This document shows positions 8,033 to 18,288 of a stretch of DNA of 44,209 bases, one piece after another. The position numbers and the translations under genes are program-made. Numbering within the stretch: the stretch's first letter is position 1; each line of letters starts with the position of its first letter. The stretch lies in the UHGV virus genome UHGV-0377591; one strand, given 5' to 3'. The DNA is from a virus. The notes under the pieces were generated by a model, which saw only the letters and a list, made by a program, of their open reading frames with translations, was not told the origin of the DNA and did not search any database.

Positions 8033-8214
8033 AACTTAATGTTGACGATGAAATATACAGCATACACTCATTCAATACTTTCACCATCGAGTACATATCG
8101 AAAGACGGCAACAGCTTTGTTTTGGTAAGCTCGGACGGTAAATACGAAAAGTCACGATGCTACACGCTGCCGGACATAAAGCGCAGTTTCAAGAAAAGCG
8201 AAGGTAAGAAATGA
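8029..8214 (+). CDS. Hypothetical protein, 61 aa
   Basis: ORF track; ATGA overlap with the helicase stop. Confidence 0.55.
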   Translation: MKLNVDDEIYSIHSFNTFTIEYISKDGNSFVLVSSDGKYEKSRCYTLPDIKRSFKKSEGKK

Positions 8215-8348
8215 ACATCACAGCCCCGATTCCAGCATTGCAAAAACGTATCAAGGAACTCGAAGAGGAGGTTCTACGACTACGGCAGCAAAGAGACGCC
8301 GCTAATGCTCAACTGGCGTTTGTACTGGAGAAGTTATCAGAAGAGTAG
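8211..8348 (+). CDS. Small coiled-coil protein, 45 aa (not in the ORF track)
   Basis: Manual translation MNITAPIPALQKRIKELEEEVLRLRQQRDAANAQLAFVLEKLSEE; ATGA overlap. Confidence 0.4.
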   Translation: MNITAPIPALQKRIKELEEEVLRLRQQRDAANAQLAFVLEKLSEE

Positions 8349-8350
8349 AG

Positions 8351-8378
8351 AAAAGGCCCCGTTTGGGGCCTTTTGTAT
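8351..8378. terminator. Bidirectional rho-independent terminator between the convergent early and late operons
   Basis: AAAA-GGCCCC-GTTT-GGGGCC-TTTT. Confidence 0.8.
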
Positions 8379-10751
8379 TTAAATGACGAATTGAGATGAA
8401 GATTTAACCGTTATTGTGTTACCGGAAGCCCCCTTGTTAATCAGGGCTATCTTGCCGCCAGAGTGACCAGTAACAGTTTGTTGAACAGTGCCGCCGGTAG
8501 TGGGTTTAACTGTTATTGTAGGTACTGAAGGTGCCAGGCCGGCTGTGAGCATGACTTCGCCGGTCACATCGCAAGTCAAGGTGCCGATAACAGTAAGTGC
8601 GCCAAAAAGCATCGTCGAGATCTCGATGCCAGTCGCCACTCGCTTGGCGACAACTCCACTTTGTGACGTGGGTTTGTAGTAAAAAACAACACCACAACCA
8701 ACGGGCAAAGCTGACAGGACAACATTTTGAACATTTGATGACTTAGTAGCGCCGTACATATCCGGTGCTTCATCATTTGCGGTTTCAGCCGCATATGACA
8801 ATAACAGATCAGCTTTATCCCTTAATTGACCGTAAACACCCTTTATCGCATTTGCAGCCAGGTATACAGAGGCGTTCTGAGAACATGATTCGTTCAGCTC
8901 TCCTCTGAATAACAGAGCGGGAGGGTATACTTTTGACGGCGTACCATCGTAAATAATCTCAATCTGATTCAGTCCTTTTCTAAGGATCCCAGTTCGTGTG
9001 GTGAGTTTGTTCGTAAACGATGAGACGCCATTACTCGCGATATTACCGGAGCTATATGCTGTATTACGGGTATCTTGTTGGCGTATTGATACAGTATTTG
9101 CGCGCCTGGAACCAATGTAAGTAGGGTTATATGGCTCAAAAATAACCATTGATATGTCAGAAGTATCACACCAGACAAAATATCGTATGGTTAAATTTTC
9201 AGTAGCGGGCTTAACCACGCCCCATCCGGTAAGCCCATCCAGGTATGAATTTCCGCTAAGTCGCTCCATAGAAACGTCATATGTACTGCCGGAAGGGTAC
9301 CCGAATGGTTGGATATCGTTAGGCGACACAGGCAGGAAATTATTCCCTTTTGTGGCCTTATGGACGCGATAAGGCATAACCTTGGTCGCGGCATAAGCGC
9401 CAATATATTGGTGACCAAGGGGCGCAAAGTGCGTGTAGTCGAAAGAGCCATCGGTAGGACGACGGCAAATTTCTCCTAAGGTGTAGCTACCGACATCTCT
9501 GTACATCTCAGTTACTGCCTGAGAGAGATCGAGGAACTCTACCGCGGGGAACAGGCGTTCAATATGCTTCTTGATTGATGCCTCGAGAGCCGCCCGTTGT
9601 GAGCCATTCTGGTTCATTGAAACAACGCAGACAGCACATCCATAGCCCCATGCTTTACGGATAAACTGCTCAAAACGGAATAAGTACTGATCGAACCCTA
9701 ACGTATCCAGTTGGCCGTTATCGTTAACGCCCATAGACATAAAGCAGACATCCGGTGGAACATTCCCGTATGCAGTGTTTTTGAAAAAGCCATGGTCGAA
9801 ATTACGATTAGCCCACCCGTCAATAAGTCGCTTTCCAGAAGATGCGCAGTTTTCTGCTTTAAAGATGAAAGCACCATTTTTTGTAAATCGGTTAAGCCAG
9901 TCCGTGAAGGTACGGAACCAGGAACCTGCGCCACCATTGCCATTGTGGTCGTAATTAGTCGAAGAAAGGTCCCCGTTTGAATCAGTTGGGTTGGCTACCC
10001 AGTCGGTTCCGTATGCGCCGTCTGTGATTGAGTCACCAATGATACCAACACGACATAGCGTATTGCGGCGAGCGAACTGGTTTATTACGTTGAATGCAGT
10101 GTATTTGCTCCCATGAGTTGCCAGTGAAACGTCGAAAATGTGCTCGTTACCCCATGGGTCGCGCGTGAGAATTTTTCCTTCACCAGTAAATTTTGTTACA
10201 TCATCATCTGGCAGGAAATTACAGCGTAGCTGGACGTCTTTTGGGATATAAACTTTGCCAGGGAATGCATACAATGCGGCCCGGTTATCTGTTGTGCTGT
10301 TTATAACCACCCCAGGAACATATTTAACGGCGGTTGCGTCCGTTCTGTACATGCCATTTTCAAGGTCATTGCGTAGATTCGGGTCTGTTTGCGGTTTCCA
10401 ATTTGTGTCCAGTAACGGGTTAGTTTCCGCGGGGACAACCTTTGGTAAAGAACCGCCCCATGAATACCAGGCCATGCTTACTGGGTCATAAACGACCTTA
10501 TTGCGGTCTGTAGCCGATAATGTCCCGCCGGTAGTGAAATCAAAAGATGCCGGGAAGAACCCCGCATCTCGCAACACGGCAGGGAGAGTCTTCTGCATCT
10601 GACCAGTAACCGCGTTGGTCGCATAATCGATATCCGCACCACCGGTTACGCCGCCGGATTTACCGGTAATAACCTCGGCTTCGAAAATCTGGTGCTTCTT
10701 GGCGGTTTGTAAATCCGCCAGGCTTAAAACGTCACCGCATCCGCTTGACAT
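8379..10751 (-). CDS. Tail fibre/spike protein with internal SGNH (GDSL) hydrolase-like domain, 790 aa
   Basis: GDSL block RVGIIGDSITDGAYG; last gene of the tail module; Ser/Thr/Gly-rich C-terminus. Confidence 0.75.
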   Translation of the reverse strand: MSSGCGDVLSLADLQTAKKHQIFEAEVITGKSGGVTGGADIDYATNAVTGQMQKTLPAVLRDAGFFPASFDFTTGGTLSATDRNKVVYDPVSMAWYSWGGSLPKVVPAETNPLLDTNWKPQTDPNLRNDLENGMYRTDATAVKYVPGVVINSTTDNRAALYAFPGKVYIPKDVQLRCNFLPDDDVTKFTGEGKILTRDPWGNEHIFDVSLATHGSKYTAFNVINQFARRNTLCRVGIIGDSITDGAYGTDWVANPTDSNGDLSSTNYDHNGNGGAGSWFRTFTDWLNRFTKNGAFIFKAENCASSGKRLIDGWANRNFDHGFFKNTAYGNVPPDVCFMSMGVNDNGQLDTLGFDQYLFRFEQFIRKAWGYGCAVCVVSMNQNGSQRAALEASIKKHIERLFPAVEFLDLSQAVTEMYRDVGSYTLGEICRRPTDGSFDYTHFAPLGHQYIGAYAATKVMPYRVHKATKGNNFLPVSPNDIQPFGYPSGSTYDVSMERLSGNSYLDGLTGWGVVKPATENLTIRYFVWCDTSDISMVIFEPYNPTYIGSRRANTVSIRQQDTRNTAYSSGNIASNGVSSFTNKLTTRTGILRKGLNQIEIIYDGTPSKVYPPALLFRGELNESCSQNASVYLAANAIKGVYGQLRDKADLLLSYAAETANDEAPDMYGATKSSNVQNVVLSALPVGCGVVFYYKPTSQSGVVAKRVATGIEISTMLFGALTVIGTLTCDVTGEVMLTAGLAPSVPTITVKPTTGGTVQQTVTGHSGGKIALINKGASGNTITVKSSSQFVI

Positions 10752-10763
10752 ATAGAGTCCTCT

Positions 10764-13394
10764 TTAATTAAAACCATCGCTGAATCCGTCGGAGAAATCG
10801 CTGCCGTATGGCGCGACGCCGTCGTATTTATAGAAATCTGCTTCATAGTTAATCCCGGTAATCTTAACCGTTCTGTCGTCTCCGGGGTCAACTGTAGAAA
10901 CAAGAATCATCTGAGCATTATGCCTTGCTTCGTTACCGAATGAAAACTCAGTTTTTAGTGCGCTATTCCCTGTGTATATCGCCTCTTGAGGCGCAGAGAG
11001 CATAACCACTTCACGGTCGTGGCTTCCAGGCACAACAGCAACACTTTGAACTCCGCCGTCTCTCTTCTTAAGAATCAGTGAGTGGTCATCCCCCGGAGTA
11101 AACGTAACCGGCTGAGAAAGAGTAAGGGTAAGCCCATTAACGGCAACGACATAACCATCTTGAGGTGCTACTCGCGAGCCTTTAACTACGCTTATTGCCC
11201 GTCCTGGAAGCACAAAAACCCCTTCTTCTGTCGCCGTGAATGATACCGTCACCTTCTTCAACAGGTTCTTCTGGTACCGACGGTACGCCGCCCAGTACGC
11301 CTGACGATAATTACGTATACCTTTAGAGTCATACGTTTCTGTGTTAACACCACCCTCGGCGGGAATGCTGATGGTCTCTTTTACGTTAGTATCTGGGTTG
11401 ATGTAGGAGAACTTAAGACTATCGTATACCTGAGCGTCGTTGAATGTGCGCGTCCACTTTTCCGAAGCTGTTGTCTTACTTCGATGTGTGAATACCATTT
11501 CCGGCCCCATACGCGGGCGCTCGAAATCCAGTAATATGTCTTGCCCTTTACGATATGGAGTGCAGAAAATAGCATCGGCTATTGTGCTGATGATATCCTG
11601 CATGGTCATTTTATAGTCGTCAAAAGTGTAGCAGAATTGACCCGCCTCCACGTTACCGAAATAATTCTCAATCTCGGTCTGAGTCGCTAACAACTTGTCC
11701 ATATTGGATGTTGTTAGGTTGAGATTACCTACTACTGGGTCACGGGCGAGACGTATTAATGATTGAATGGCCTGAGTATTCGGTGTCATTACGGTGTCGA
11801 ATACACCATTACCGAGGTATTTGTACACCATCTCTGTGGCGACCATACGTAACTGTGGTTGCTTAATCTCTGCGGCCCGCGGCGTCTGCTTACGTGCCGA
11901 GTGTACGGTAGTACGATTGCCGTAATGTGGCGTAGTGTCACGGACCTGACCGTAAAGGTTGATATAGGAAACCTCGTCTACCACGGTGCCCTTGAAATCA
12001 AGGTCCAGGTTGGTAACACGACGGGCACGTACCCTAACTTTCGACCTCATGGGCAAGTCGGCGTAAATAGTAACTCCGGTGTAGTCGGCGGACCGACCAG
12101 ATATAACGGCCTGTTTTGAATAGATACTCCCGTATGGGGCACCGGTTTCATCGAGTAGTTGGTATTGGAGTTCAATAGTTACCGACGTACGCAATTTACT
12201 GCCGTTGTCTTTATACATACCGTTAGCGGCAGCGATGTTGGCTACTACGCGTTCAACTTCCAGGCGGTTTAAGGTGGTCCAGTCGGTTAATGTTCTTTCA
12301 TACGTATCCACGGGGCCTACCCACGTGTCACTTCTCTGGGAAAGTGAATAGGTGGTTGAGCCTAAAGCAGCCCAATTAGACGCGCCGCCGGTGTCGACCC
12401 GCAGCTCGAAGTTATCGACATAAAGAACACGAAAGTTGCCGTTGGTATTTGTTACGTCCGGAACGTCAAAGTTATTGAACGACGCGGTGTCACCAACAGA
12501 TAATATTTCCGCGAAGCCAGAATCCCCCGTGTCGTCATACAGGTATCCAATTTTTGTAGCAGAGTCATATCTCACGCGGCCCGTGTCGCTTGGGTTGACC
12601 CGAATATCGTTCTGGGCTTTAAGAACGGCTCCATCTACTTCATTAGACGCGATAGTTATATAAAGATTCTGATTGATAGGTTCCCCCACCAGAAGCTGCG
12701 GGGTATTTGTATTGTTGGGGGATGTAAACGGCGCGTACACCGCGACAGAGGTCCCCGTAATCTCCTGTACCTTAGTATCGCCGTCGGTAATATCTTCGGC
12801 CTTGATGTCCAGATACCCACGACCGGCATCGTAGTATCCGTATTCAATAATGCGACCAGATTCATCGAATATTTTATAGGTAGTCATGAGGTCATTAGGG
12901 ATAGTCTGGACTCTGCCGCAAATATCATACGACCGTTCATATGGACGGGGTTTATTGTTTCGGTCCGTCAGGCTGTTGTTGGGGGACTCAGCCTGCTGGT
13001 TCGCTAAACTCGTTTTAGGCGTTTTCTGCGACGGAGAAATCAACTTGGTAACAAATTTAAGCACACCCAAAGGGTCCAGGAGTTTACCCAGAAAACCGCC
13101 ACCGCCACCAGCGCCTTCGATAATATGGAAAACATCGTCTTCTTTCAGCGCTTCGAAATCTTCAGTTACTTCCGTGTCCTCGCCGATCTCGCCACGGTAA
13201 ATACGTACAGGCACCCCGTCGGGGATGTTAGCGACGACGTATTCCATCGGCGGTACGTTGTGCCGTTCGCGGTCGAAAGTACCGTCTTCGTTACGGGTGT
13301 AATGTAATGTCAGCGCCAAAATTCTATCTCCGCATAAGTTTCGCGCAAGTCTTCCAGACGGTCTAACCGTACCTGGCGACTCGCCAGCTCGCAA
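10764..13394 (-). CDS. Tail tip / host-specificity protein (lambda J-like), N-terminus may include an I-like segment
   Basis: 876-aa ORF after the K-like gene. Start uncertain: the first codon overlaps the K-like gene by 85 nt; an internal ATG lies at 13250. Confidence 0.7.
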   Translation of the reverse strand: MRAGESPGTVRPSGRLARNLCGDRILALTLHYTRNEDGTFDRERHNVPPMEYVVANIPDGVPVRIYRGEIGEDTEVTEDFEALKEDDVFHIIEGAGGGGGFLGKLLDPLGVLKFVTKLISPSQKTPKTSLANQQAESPNNSLTDRNNKPRPYERSYDICGRVQTIPNDLMTTYKIFDESGRIIEYGYYDAGRGYLDIKAEDITDGDTKVQEITGTSVAVYAPFTSPNNTNTPQLLVGEPINQNLYITIASNEVDGAVLKAQNDIRVNPSDTGRVRYDSATKIGYLYDDTGDSGFAEILSVGDTASFNNFDVPDVTNTNGNFRVLYVDNFELRVDTGGASNWAALGSTTYSLSQRSDTWVGPVDTYERTLTDWTTLNRLEVERVVANIAAANGMYKDNGSKLRTSVTIELQYQLLDETGAPYGSIYSKQAVISGRSADYTGVTIYADLPMRSKVRVRARRVTNLDLDFKGTVVDEVSYINLYGQVRDTTPHYGNRTTVHSARKQTPRAAEIKQPQLRMVATEMVYKYLGNGVFDTVMTPNTQAIQSLIRLARDPVVGNLNLTTSNMDKLLATQTEIENYFGNVEAGQFCYTFDDYKMTMQDIISTIADAIFCTPYRKGQDILLDFERPRMGPEMVFTHRSKTTASEKWTRTFNDAQVYDSLKFSYINPDTNVKETISIPAEGGVNTETYDSKGIRNYRQAYWAAYRRYQKNLLKKVTVSFTATEEGVFVLPGRAISVVKGSRVAPQDGYVVAVNGLTLTLSQPVTFTPGDDHSLILKKRDGGVQSVAVVPGSHDREVVMLSAPQEAIYTGNSALKTEFSFGNEARHNAQMILVSTVDPGDDRTVKITGINYEADFYKYDGVAPYGSDFSDGFSDGFN

Positions 13395-13675
13395 TGACTA
13401 ACCATACCGTCATAGTATACTCCGGCGTGCCAGATTACACGGTTTCTGTGCCGTGTTGCCATCAGCACGGCATCGAAGTTTTGCGGAGTTTCTACGCGTA
13501 CAAGGCCTTTAGTATCTTTATGGCCTTCTTCGAAGGCGTCGTTAATCTGTGTTGGCGAAGCGACGTTAAACTCAGGCGTAAAGAGGCCTACATCCGCACG
13601 AACGTTACGGACATGGTGCCAGCAATTACGACGGCGAAAGTCGTACGGCAACCCTGTATAAGAATTAATATTCAT
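13310..13675 (-). CDS. Tail assembly protein, K-like NlpC/P60 peptidase domain
   Basis: Cys-His pair in RRNCWHHV; position between the L-like and J-like genes; ATGA overlap upstream. Confidence 0.55.
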   Translation of the reverse strand: MNINSYTGLPYDFRRRNCWHHVRNVRADVGLFTPEFNVASPTQINDAFEEGHKDTKGLVRVETPQNFDAVLMATRHRNRVIWHAGVYYDGMVSHCELASRQVRLDRLEDLRETYAEIEFWR

Positions 13676-14187
13676 GTGGACAAAACGCCCCGTAACAATG
13701 GGATTACTGAAGGGGTCATTAGTTCACCAGTGGACCTTTGGTTCAACATAGGAACGCCAACGTCGGCGGTAAATAGCCCCTTTTCCTGGTTTATCGACTG
13801 CAACTCGTACACAACAGGCCCGTCAGCCGGGTAAGACAAATCAGTACCAACAAAACGGCGGAATATGAATTTAGGTAGCACGGTATTATCAGGCGGTATC
13901 CTGTCCATCTCATCATCTAACTGGTTACCAATATCAGGTAATGCGAACGACGCCCGCTGGTCCATGTCGTTATTGTTGGCGGCCCCTTTAGCCTCCATAG
14001 GGGTAGCCTCAAACGTTACGACTTCTCCGGTCTCTAACGTCGCCGTCAGGTCGGAAGTTCCGCGCACAAGCAAATACCGCTTTGAAAGAAGCGGGTGTAC
14101 TATCTCCAGCGTCGTGTAGTCAATTTCGCCGTCGGGATTTGAGGCCAGCTTACGGCGATAGGCAGCTTCTACTGATTCCTGGCTCAT
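13672..14187 (-). CDS. Minor tail protein (L-like by position)
   Basis: ORF track; gene order tape measure - M-like - L-like - K-like - J-like. Confidence 0.45.
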   Translation of the reverse strand: MSQESVEAAYRRKLASNPDGEIDYTTLEIVHPLLSKRYLLVRGTSDLTATLETGEVVTFEATPMEAKGAANNNDMDQRASFALPDIGNQLDDEMDRIPPDNTVLPKFIFRRFVGTDLSYPADGPVVYELQSINQEKGLFTADVGVPMLNQRSTGELMTPSVIPLLRGVLST

Positions 14188-14190
14188 AAA

Positions 14191-15591
14191 TTAACCGTCC
14201 ACATTAAAGTCGATACGAGTGATGTATTTACTACCCCACGCCGAATCCGCTTGGGGTATGGAGGCATAACCGTCAACAGACGGAACGTTTACCACAGAGT
14301 CGTCGGAATATGTAATGTCGATGCTTGTTGCTCCGCTCATTACTACTTTTGCCGAGGCTGTAGGGCGTGTAATTAAATTTTCTTCGGTTTTAATATACGA
14401 CGATGAATTAGTAGATTTCTCCATTTGGGCACCAAAAACTGATATAGCACTAACACCATCACTTGGGAAAGACGTGTTGTTAGCAGCGTCAGAGGCCCAC
14501 ACAGACGCGTTTATACTTGTCGGGGAGGAATTAGTAATAACTCGCACCCATACTCTAAACCAGCCATCACCTACTGCTATTATACCGCATCTTGAATAGT
14601 CCTTAGCTGATGTTATCACCCCCGTAGATAGGTCTACATAAACAGGATTACTTGCCACCTGACTAGCAAATACTCCGATCTGAACAAGAGCATTATTGTA
14701 CCCATTTGCTTTCACAAAAACAGAATAGGTGTATGCCGTAGATGCTTCCGGGGTTATCAATTGTAAAACGTTATGAGTACCAGTGGTTGTTGTTGGGACT
14801 AGTTTGGATGCGCCCGTTCCGCCGGTAGGGTCTTGCGTTCCACCGTAGGTAACAGTAGTCCTTGTTTTCGCCCATACGGGATCCGATAAGTCCTCTGACA
14901 TTTTTAGTAGGTTTAGACCACCAACCTCCGGCGGCACACGCCCAACGGCAACACTATCAATAAATGTTAGAGGCCATTCATTAGTGGCTGATTGCACAAG
15001 ATTGCCGTTGCGGTTGATGTAATAAACCTGCGGCCCGTCGTACACAATGCGGCTATCCAGGGCGGACGCCAGAAGGTTAATCGGCGGGTATCCTGCGGGC
15101 CCTTCATCGCTCCAGATGCGCGGGAACGTAGTCTCATAGTTCGCGTATATTTTCAGGAAACTACCCAGACAATCCCCGTAGCAACCATACAAATCTGGCA
15201 GATTCTTAGTAAGACATGTGTCTTCCTGAATTGCTGTGCGCTCTGCTGTAGCCGTAAACGTAATGACCCAGTTCTTGCCGTCGTCTGTGCTATCGCTAAT
15301 ATCAGACGTAATAAGAACCTGGTGGTCTTCGATACCTAAACCGGTATCATGAGGCATGATGAACGAAGATGCCCCGCCGTCTATGTTATTCAGGAAGCTA
15401 TAGAAAGCCTGACGGCCTAGTGACGATACGACCAGGGTAACGCTAATAGGTACCGGTTCGAAGTATGTATCACGTCCCTGTCGAGGCACGCCACCTTGCA
15501 CTTCTGTACGCCAGATATTACTCCCTCGCGTTTGGGAGTACCCCTTCGACACTATTGGTCGAAGGGACATAGGGAATCTCAAATCACTCAT
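14191..15591 (-). CDS. Minor/distal tail protein (M-like by position) with a Thr/Ser-rich C-terminal extension
   Basis: ORF track; immediately downstream of the tape measure gene. Confidence 0.5.
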   Translation of the reverse strand: MSDLRFPMSLRPIVSKGYSQTRGSNIWRTEVQGGVPRQGRDTYFEPVPISVTLVVSSLGRQAFYSFLNNIDGGASSFIMPHDTGLGIEDHQVLITSDISDSTDDGKNWVITFTATAERTAIQEDTCLTKNLPDLYGCYGDCLGSFLKIYANYETTFPRIWSDEGPAGYPPINLLASALDSRIVYDGPQVYYINRNGNLVQSATNEWPLTFIDSVAVGRVPPEVGGLNLLKMSEDLSDPVWAKTRTTVTYGGTQDPTGGTGASKLVPTTTTGTHNVLQLITPEASTAYTYSVFVKANGYNNALVQIGVFASQVASNPVYVDLSTGVITSAKDYSRCGIIAVGDGWFRVWVRVITNSSPTSINASVWASDAANNTSFPSDGVSAISVFGAQMEKSTNSSSYIKTEENLITRPTASAKVVMSGATSIDITYSDDSVVNVPSVDGYASIPQADSAWGSKYITRIDFNVDG

Positions 15592-15594
15592 TGG

Positions 15595-17931
15595 TTAATA
15601 CCCCGGCTGGTTTCGTGTAGCCCGGCGGGACTTGGAGATTGCACTGTTGCTGTCTTGTAACGCCGCCGATACTGTTTCGCTGATGATAACACGTAACCGC
15701 CCTTCGTCGTCACGCTCTGTAACGGCGGAATCAACTCGTCCGGTGGTGTTGTTGACGATTGTCACGCTGTCACCGCCTGACTTGTTGCCGTTCTCGCCCA
15801 TAATCTGGCGCATCTGTTCCGCGGTACGTACGCGTGACGCCCCCGCAGGCATAATAACTTCCGGCTTGTTACGTTCTGCAATGGTGGATAGCTGCCCGGC
15901 AGCTAAGTTACCACCCTGCTCACGGGCCGAACGAATCTTGCTGATGTTAGCGAGACCTGCCGCTACCGCTGTAGCTGCTGCTATCGGCCCAAGTATCCAA
16001 CCAACAAAAGGAATCGCGGACGCAGATTTATAAGCCTCGATGGCGGATGTGTATGTGGCGATGGTGGCCTGGGCGATAGCAAACGCTTTATAAGCGGTAG
16101 ACGCTTCGCCAAGCGACGATTTAATATTATCCGCCATCATGCCGAAAGCGTTACCTGTAGCGTTGGCGCGTTTTAACGCGTACTGGTCGTTTATAGCATT
16201 AACCGCAGCCTGGTACTGTTCCTCGTTAATAAGATTCTGTTCACGGTATCGGTCCGCAACGTCCAGTTTTTGTTGTTCCTGAATTTCCAGAAGCTCAAGC
16301 TCGGTGGCATTCTGACCCATAATCTGAGCCATGAAGTCTTCGCCTTTCTGGTTCTTCTCCTGTCGTTCTTTCTCCCGCTTGGCGAGTTCTTCCTGGCGAG
16401 CGGTGTCCGCCTCCAACATAATCTGAGTTTTAGCGTTCTCGTATTGCTGGTCGCTAAGAAGCTGATTGCCGTAAAACTCCTGTAGCTTGGTTAGCTGCTG
16501 TTCCTGGTTGGCTTCTATTTTCTGGAATACGTCATCATTGAGATGAATCGACTGGTAGTAGAAATCCTCAGCGGCTTTCTTCTGGCGCTCGAACGCATCC
16601 GCAGCTTTCTTGGCGGCTTTTGCACTAGCGTTATCATCTTCTGACCCGCCACCGGCACCAGTTACCTTAAACTTACTAAGCCCTTCTTCCTTAGCGGCTT
16701 CTTTGTCGATGTCATATGCCGCGCGTTTAAGCGCGACGATATTTTGCTGAGCCTCCACCTGTTCGCGGAAACTTTTACGGGTCAGGTCCGCAACATCGCG
16801 CTGAGTATCCAGTGCCATCCCTAACTGGAAGTTAATGTTTTTTGCTACGTCTACAGATTCCCCTGGTGTGAAGGCAGCTTTCACCAACCGGCCAGCGTCC
16901 TGTGCCCCTTTAACCATATCTTCAAAGAATCGCTCCATCGCGGTAAATTCTTCCGCTATGAAATCGAGCGCATCGGCAGCTGATTCCGCGATGGTTGTCG
17001 CCGTTTGTTCGCCACTGTCGGTGATACTTTTACTGCTAAAATCCCAAAGTTCATTCAGCCCGTTTATTGCGTCGCCTACGAAACCAAATGCCGCGTCGAA
17101 CGACATCTCTATCGCGCTGCCCACTTCTGACGCGATGTCACCCCACATACGCATCTCAGCGGTGAGTTCGCCGGATGCTACCTGTGCGTTAAGTTCCTGG
17201 ATTAAATCATCGATGTACCGGATAGGTTCCGCAAGAGCACCAACATCAAGGCTGGTGGCCAGTGTCATTTTTAACTGCGACCATGAGTCGCTGGCACTGG
17301 CGATGGCCCCGTTAAGTGTGTTGGCCTGGTCCGCCATAGCCCCCGCGAAGTTTACGTTACCAATGTTGAGCAGGTATTGCTCGATGTCGGCAGCGCTCTT
17401 CTTAACTACCGTAGTGGTGCCCTGGAATGTAAATTCAACATCGTTTTTGTTCTGCTTGGCCTTGATACCAAATTCTTTAAGGCGCTCAAATTCAAATGTA
17501 CTAGCGTCCGCAACGGCCTCAATCATCTGATTAAGGTCTTTACCCATAGCAGCGGCAGTGTTGCCATAGGAGCGCAACGCTTCTTCTGAGGGGGTAAGGC
17601 CGAGAGCCACCAGTTTACGGAATCCCTCTACCGCCTGTTCAAGGCCATACGGAGTGTCGCGCGCGAAGTCTTGCAGGATGCTTAACGCCTGTCTTGCCCC
17701 CTGCGTGCTTCCGGTTAGCGTTTTCAGGCTGGCGGACATCTTGTCCAGTTGCCGTTGGGAGTCTACCAGTTCCTGTGCGGCCTTGTACGCTGTCGCGGCG
17801 ATAATTGAAGCGAGTCCAGCTACGGCTGCCCCCGCTACTTTTGCCGACTTGGAGAGATTATCAAGACGGTCCGATGTAGCTTTCGCGCCTTGCTCTGATA
17901 CCTTTACAACTAAACTAGCTACATCAGCCAT
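15595..17931 (-). CDS. Tail tape measure protein, 778 aa
   Basis: Long, Ala/Gln/Glu-rich, helical, low-complexity protein after the chaperone genes; Gly-rich hydrophobic segment near the C-terminus. Confidence 0.85.
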   Translation of the reverse strand: MADVASLVVKVSEQGAKATSDRLDNLSKSAKVAGAAVAGLASIIAATAYKAAQELVDSQRQLDKMSASLKTLTGSTQGARQALSILQDFARDTPYGLEQAVEGFRKLVALGLTPSEEALRSYGNTAAAMGKDLNQMIEAVADASTFEFERLKEFGIKAKQNKNDVEFTFQGTTTVVKKSAADIEQYLLNIGNVNFAGAMADQANTLNGAIASASDSWSQLKMTLATSLDVGALAEPIRYIDDLIQELNAQVASGELTAEMRMWGDIASEVGSAIEMSFDAAFGFVGDAINGLNELWDFSSKSITDSGEQTATTIAESAADALDFIAEEFTAMERFFEDMVKGAQDAGRLVKAAFTPGESVDVAKNINFQLGMALDTQRDVADLTRKSFREQVEAQQNIVALKRAAYDIDKEAAKEEGLSKFKVTGAGGGSEDDNASAKAAKKAADAFERQKKAAEDFYYQSIHLNDDVFQKIEANQEQQLTKLQEFYGNQLLSDQQYENAKTQIMLEADTARQEELAKREKERQEKNQKGEDFMAQIMGQNATELELLEIQEQQKLDVADRYREQNLINEEQYQAAVNAINDQYALKRANATGNAFGMMADNIKSSLGEASTAYKAFAIAQATIATYTSAIEAYKSASAIPFVGWILGPIAAATAVAAGLANISKIRSAREQGGNLAAGQLSTIAERNKPEVIMPAGASRVRTAEQMRQIMGENGNKSGGDSVTIVNNTTGRVDSAVTERDDEGRLRVIISETVSAALQDSNSAISKSRRATRNQPGY

Positions 17932-18283
17932 CGTTTCTACCCTCGAAAATAGCGTCTAAGCTCATGATGATGTCAGATTCGAACATGCCTATATTCTGGC
18001 CTGAAACGGTGCTGTATGCCACTAAATCCGACCATCTTAACTGTTCGCGCGGGTACATCTTGATGCCATCATCGTCCACTCGGCGGGTGAATTTGATTTC
18101 CCTGTACTTCTCGAAGGTGGTTAATAGCTCAGGGGGGCATTCCGGCCCTGTGTCCTGCGTTGCTTCCGGCGCGTCTTGCATAACCCCCATAGCAATTAGC
18201 GCGGCTTTATGCCCGTCGGCGATACTGTCAAACTCCCGCCGTTTGTGGCGGGTTATGAAGTTCCAACGGGCAAACTGGAGCAA
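17924..18283 (-). CDS. Tail assembly chaperone T-frame segment, expected as a G-T fusion by -1 frameshift
   Basis: The -1 frame is open from 18316 across the stop of the G-like ORF; candidate shifty sequence CAG-GAA-AAG-TAG (complement of 18289-18300). Confidence 0.5.
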   Translation of the reverse strand: MLQFARWNFITRHKRREFDSIADGHKAALIAMGVMQDAPEATQDTGPECPPELLTTFEKYREIKFTRRVDDDGIKMYPREQLRWSDLVAYSTVSGQNIGMFESDIIMSLDAIFEGRNDG

Positions 18284-18288
18284 CGCGT

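Noticed and set aside
16835-17530. 231-aa plus-strand ORF inside the tape measure gene
   Set aside because: Antisense shadow ORF; the minus-strand tape measure ORF is continuous and 778 aa.
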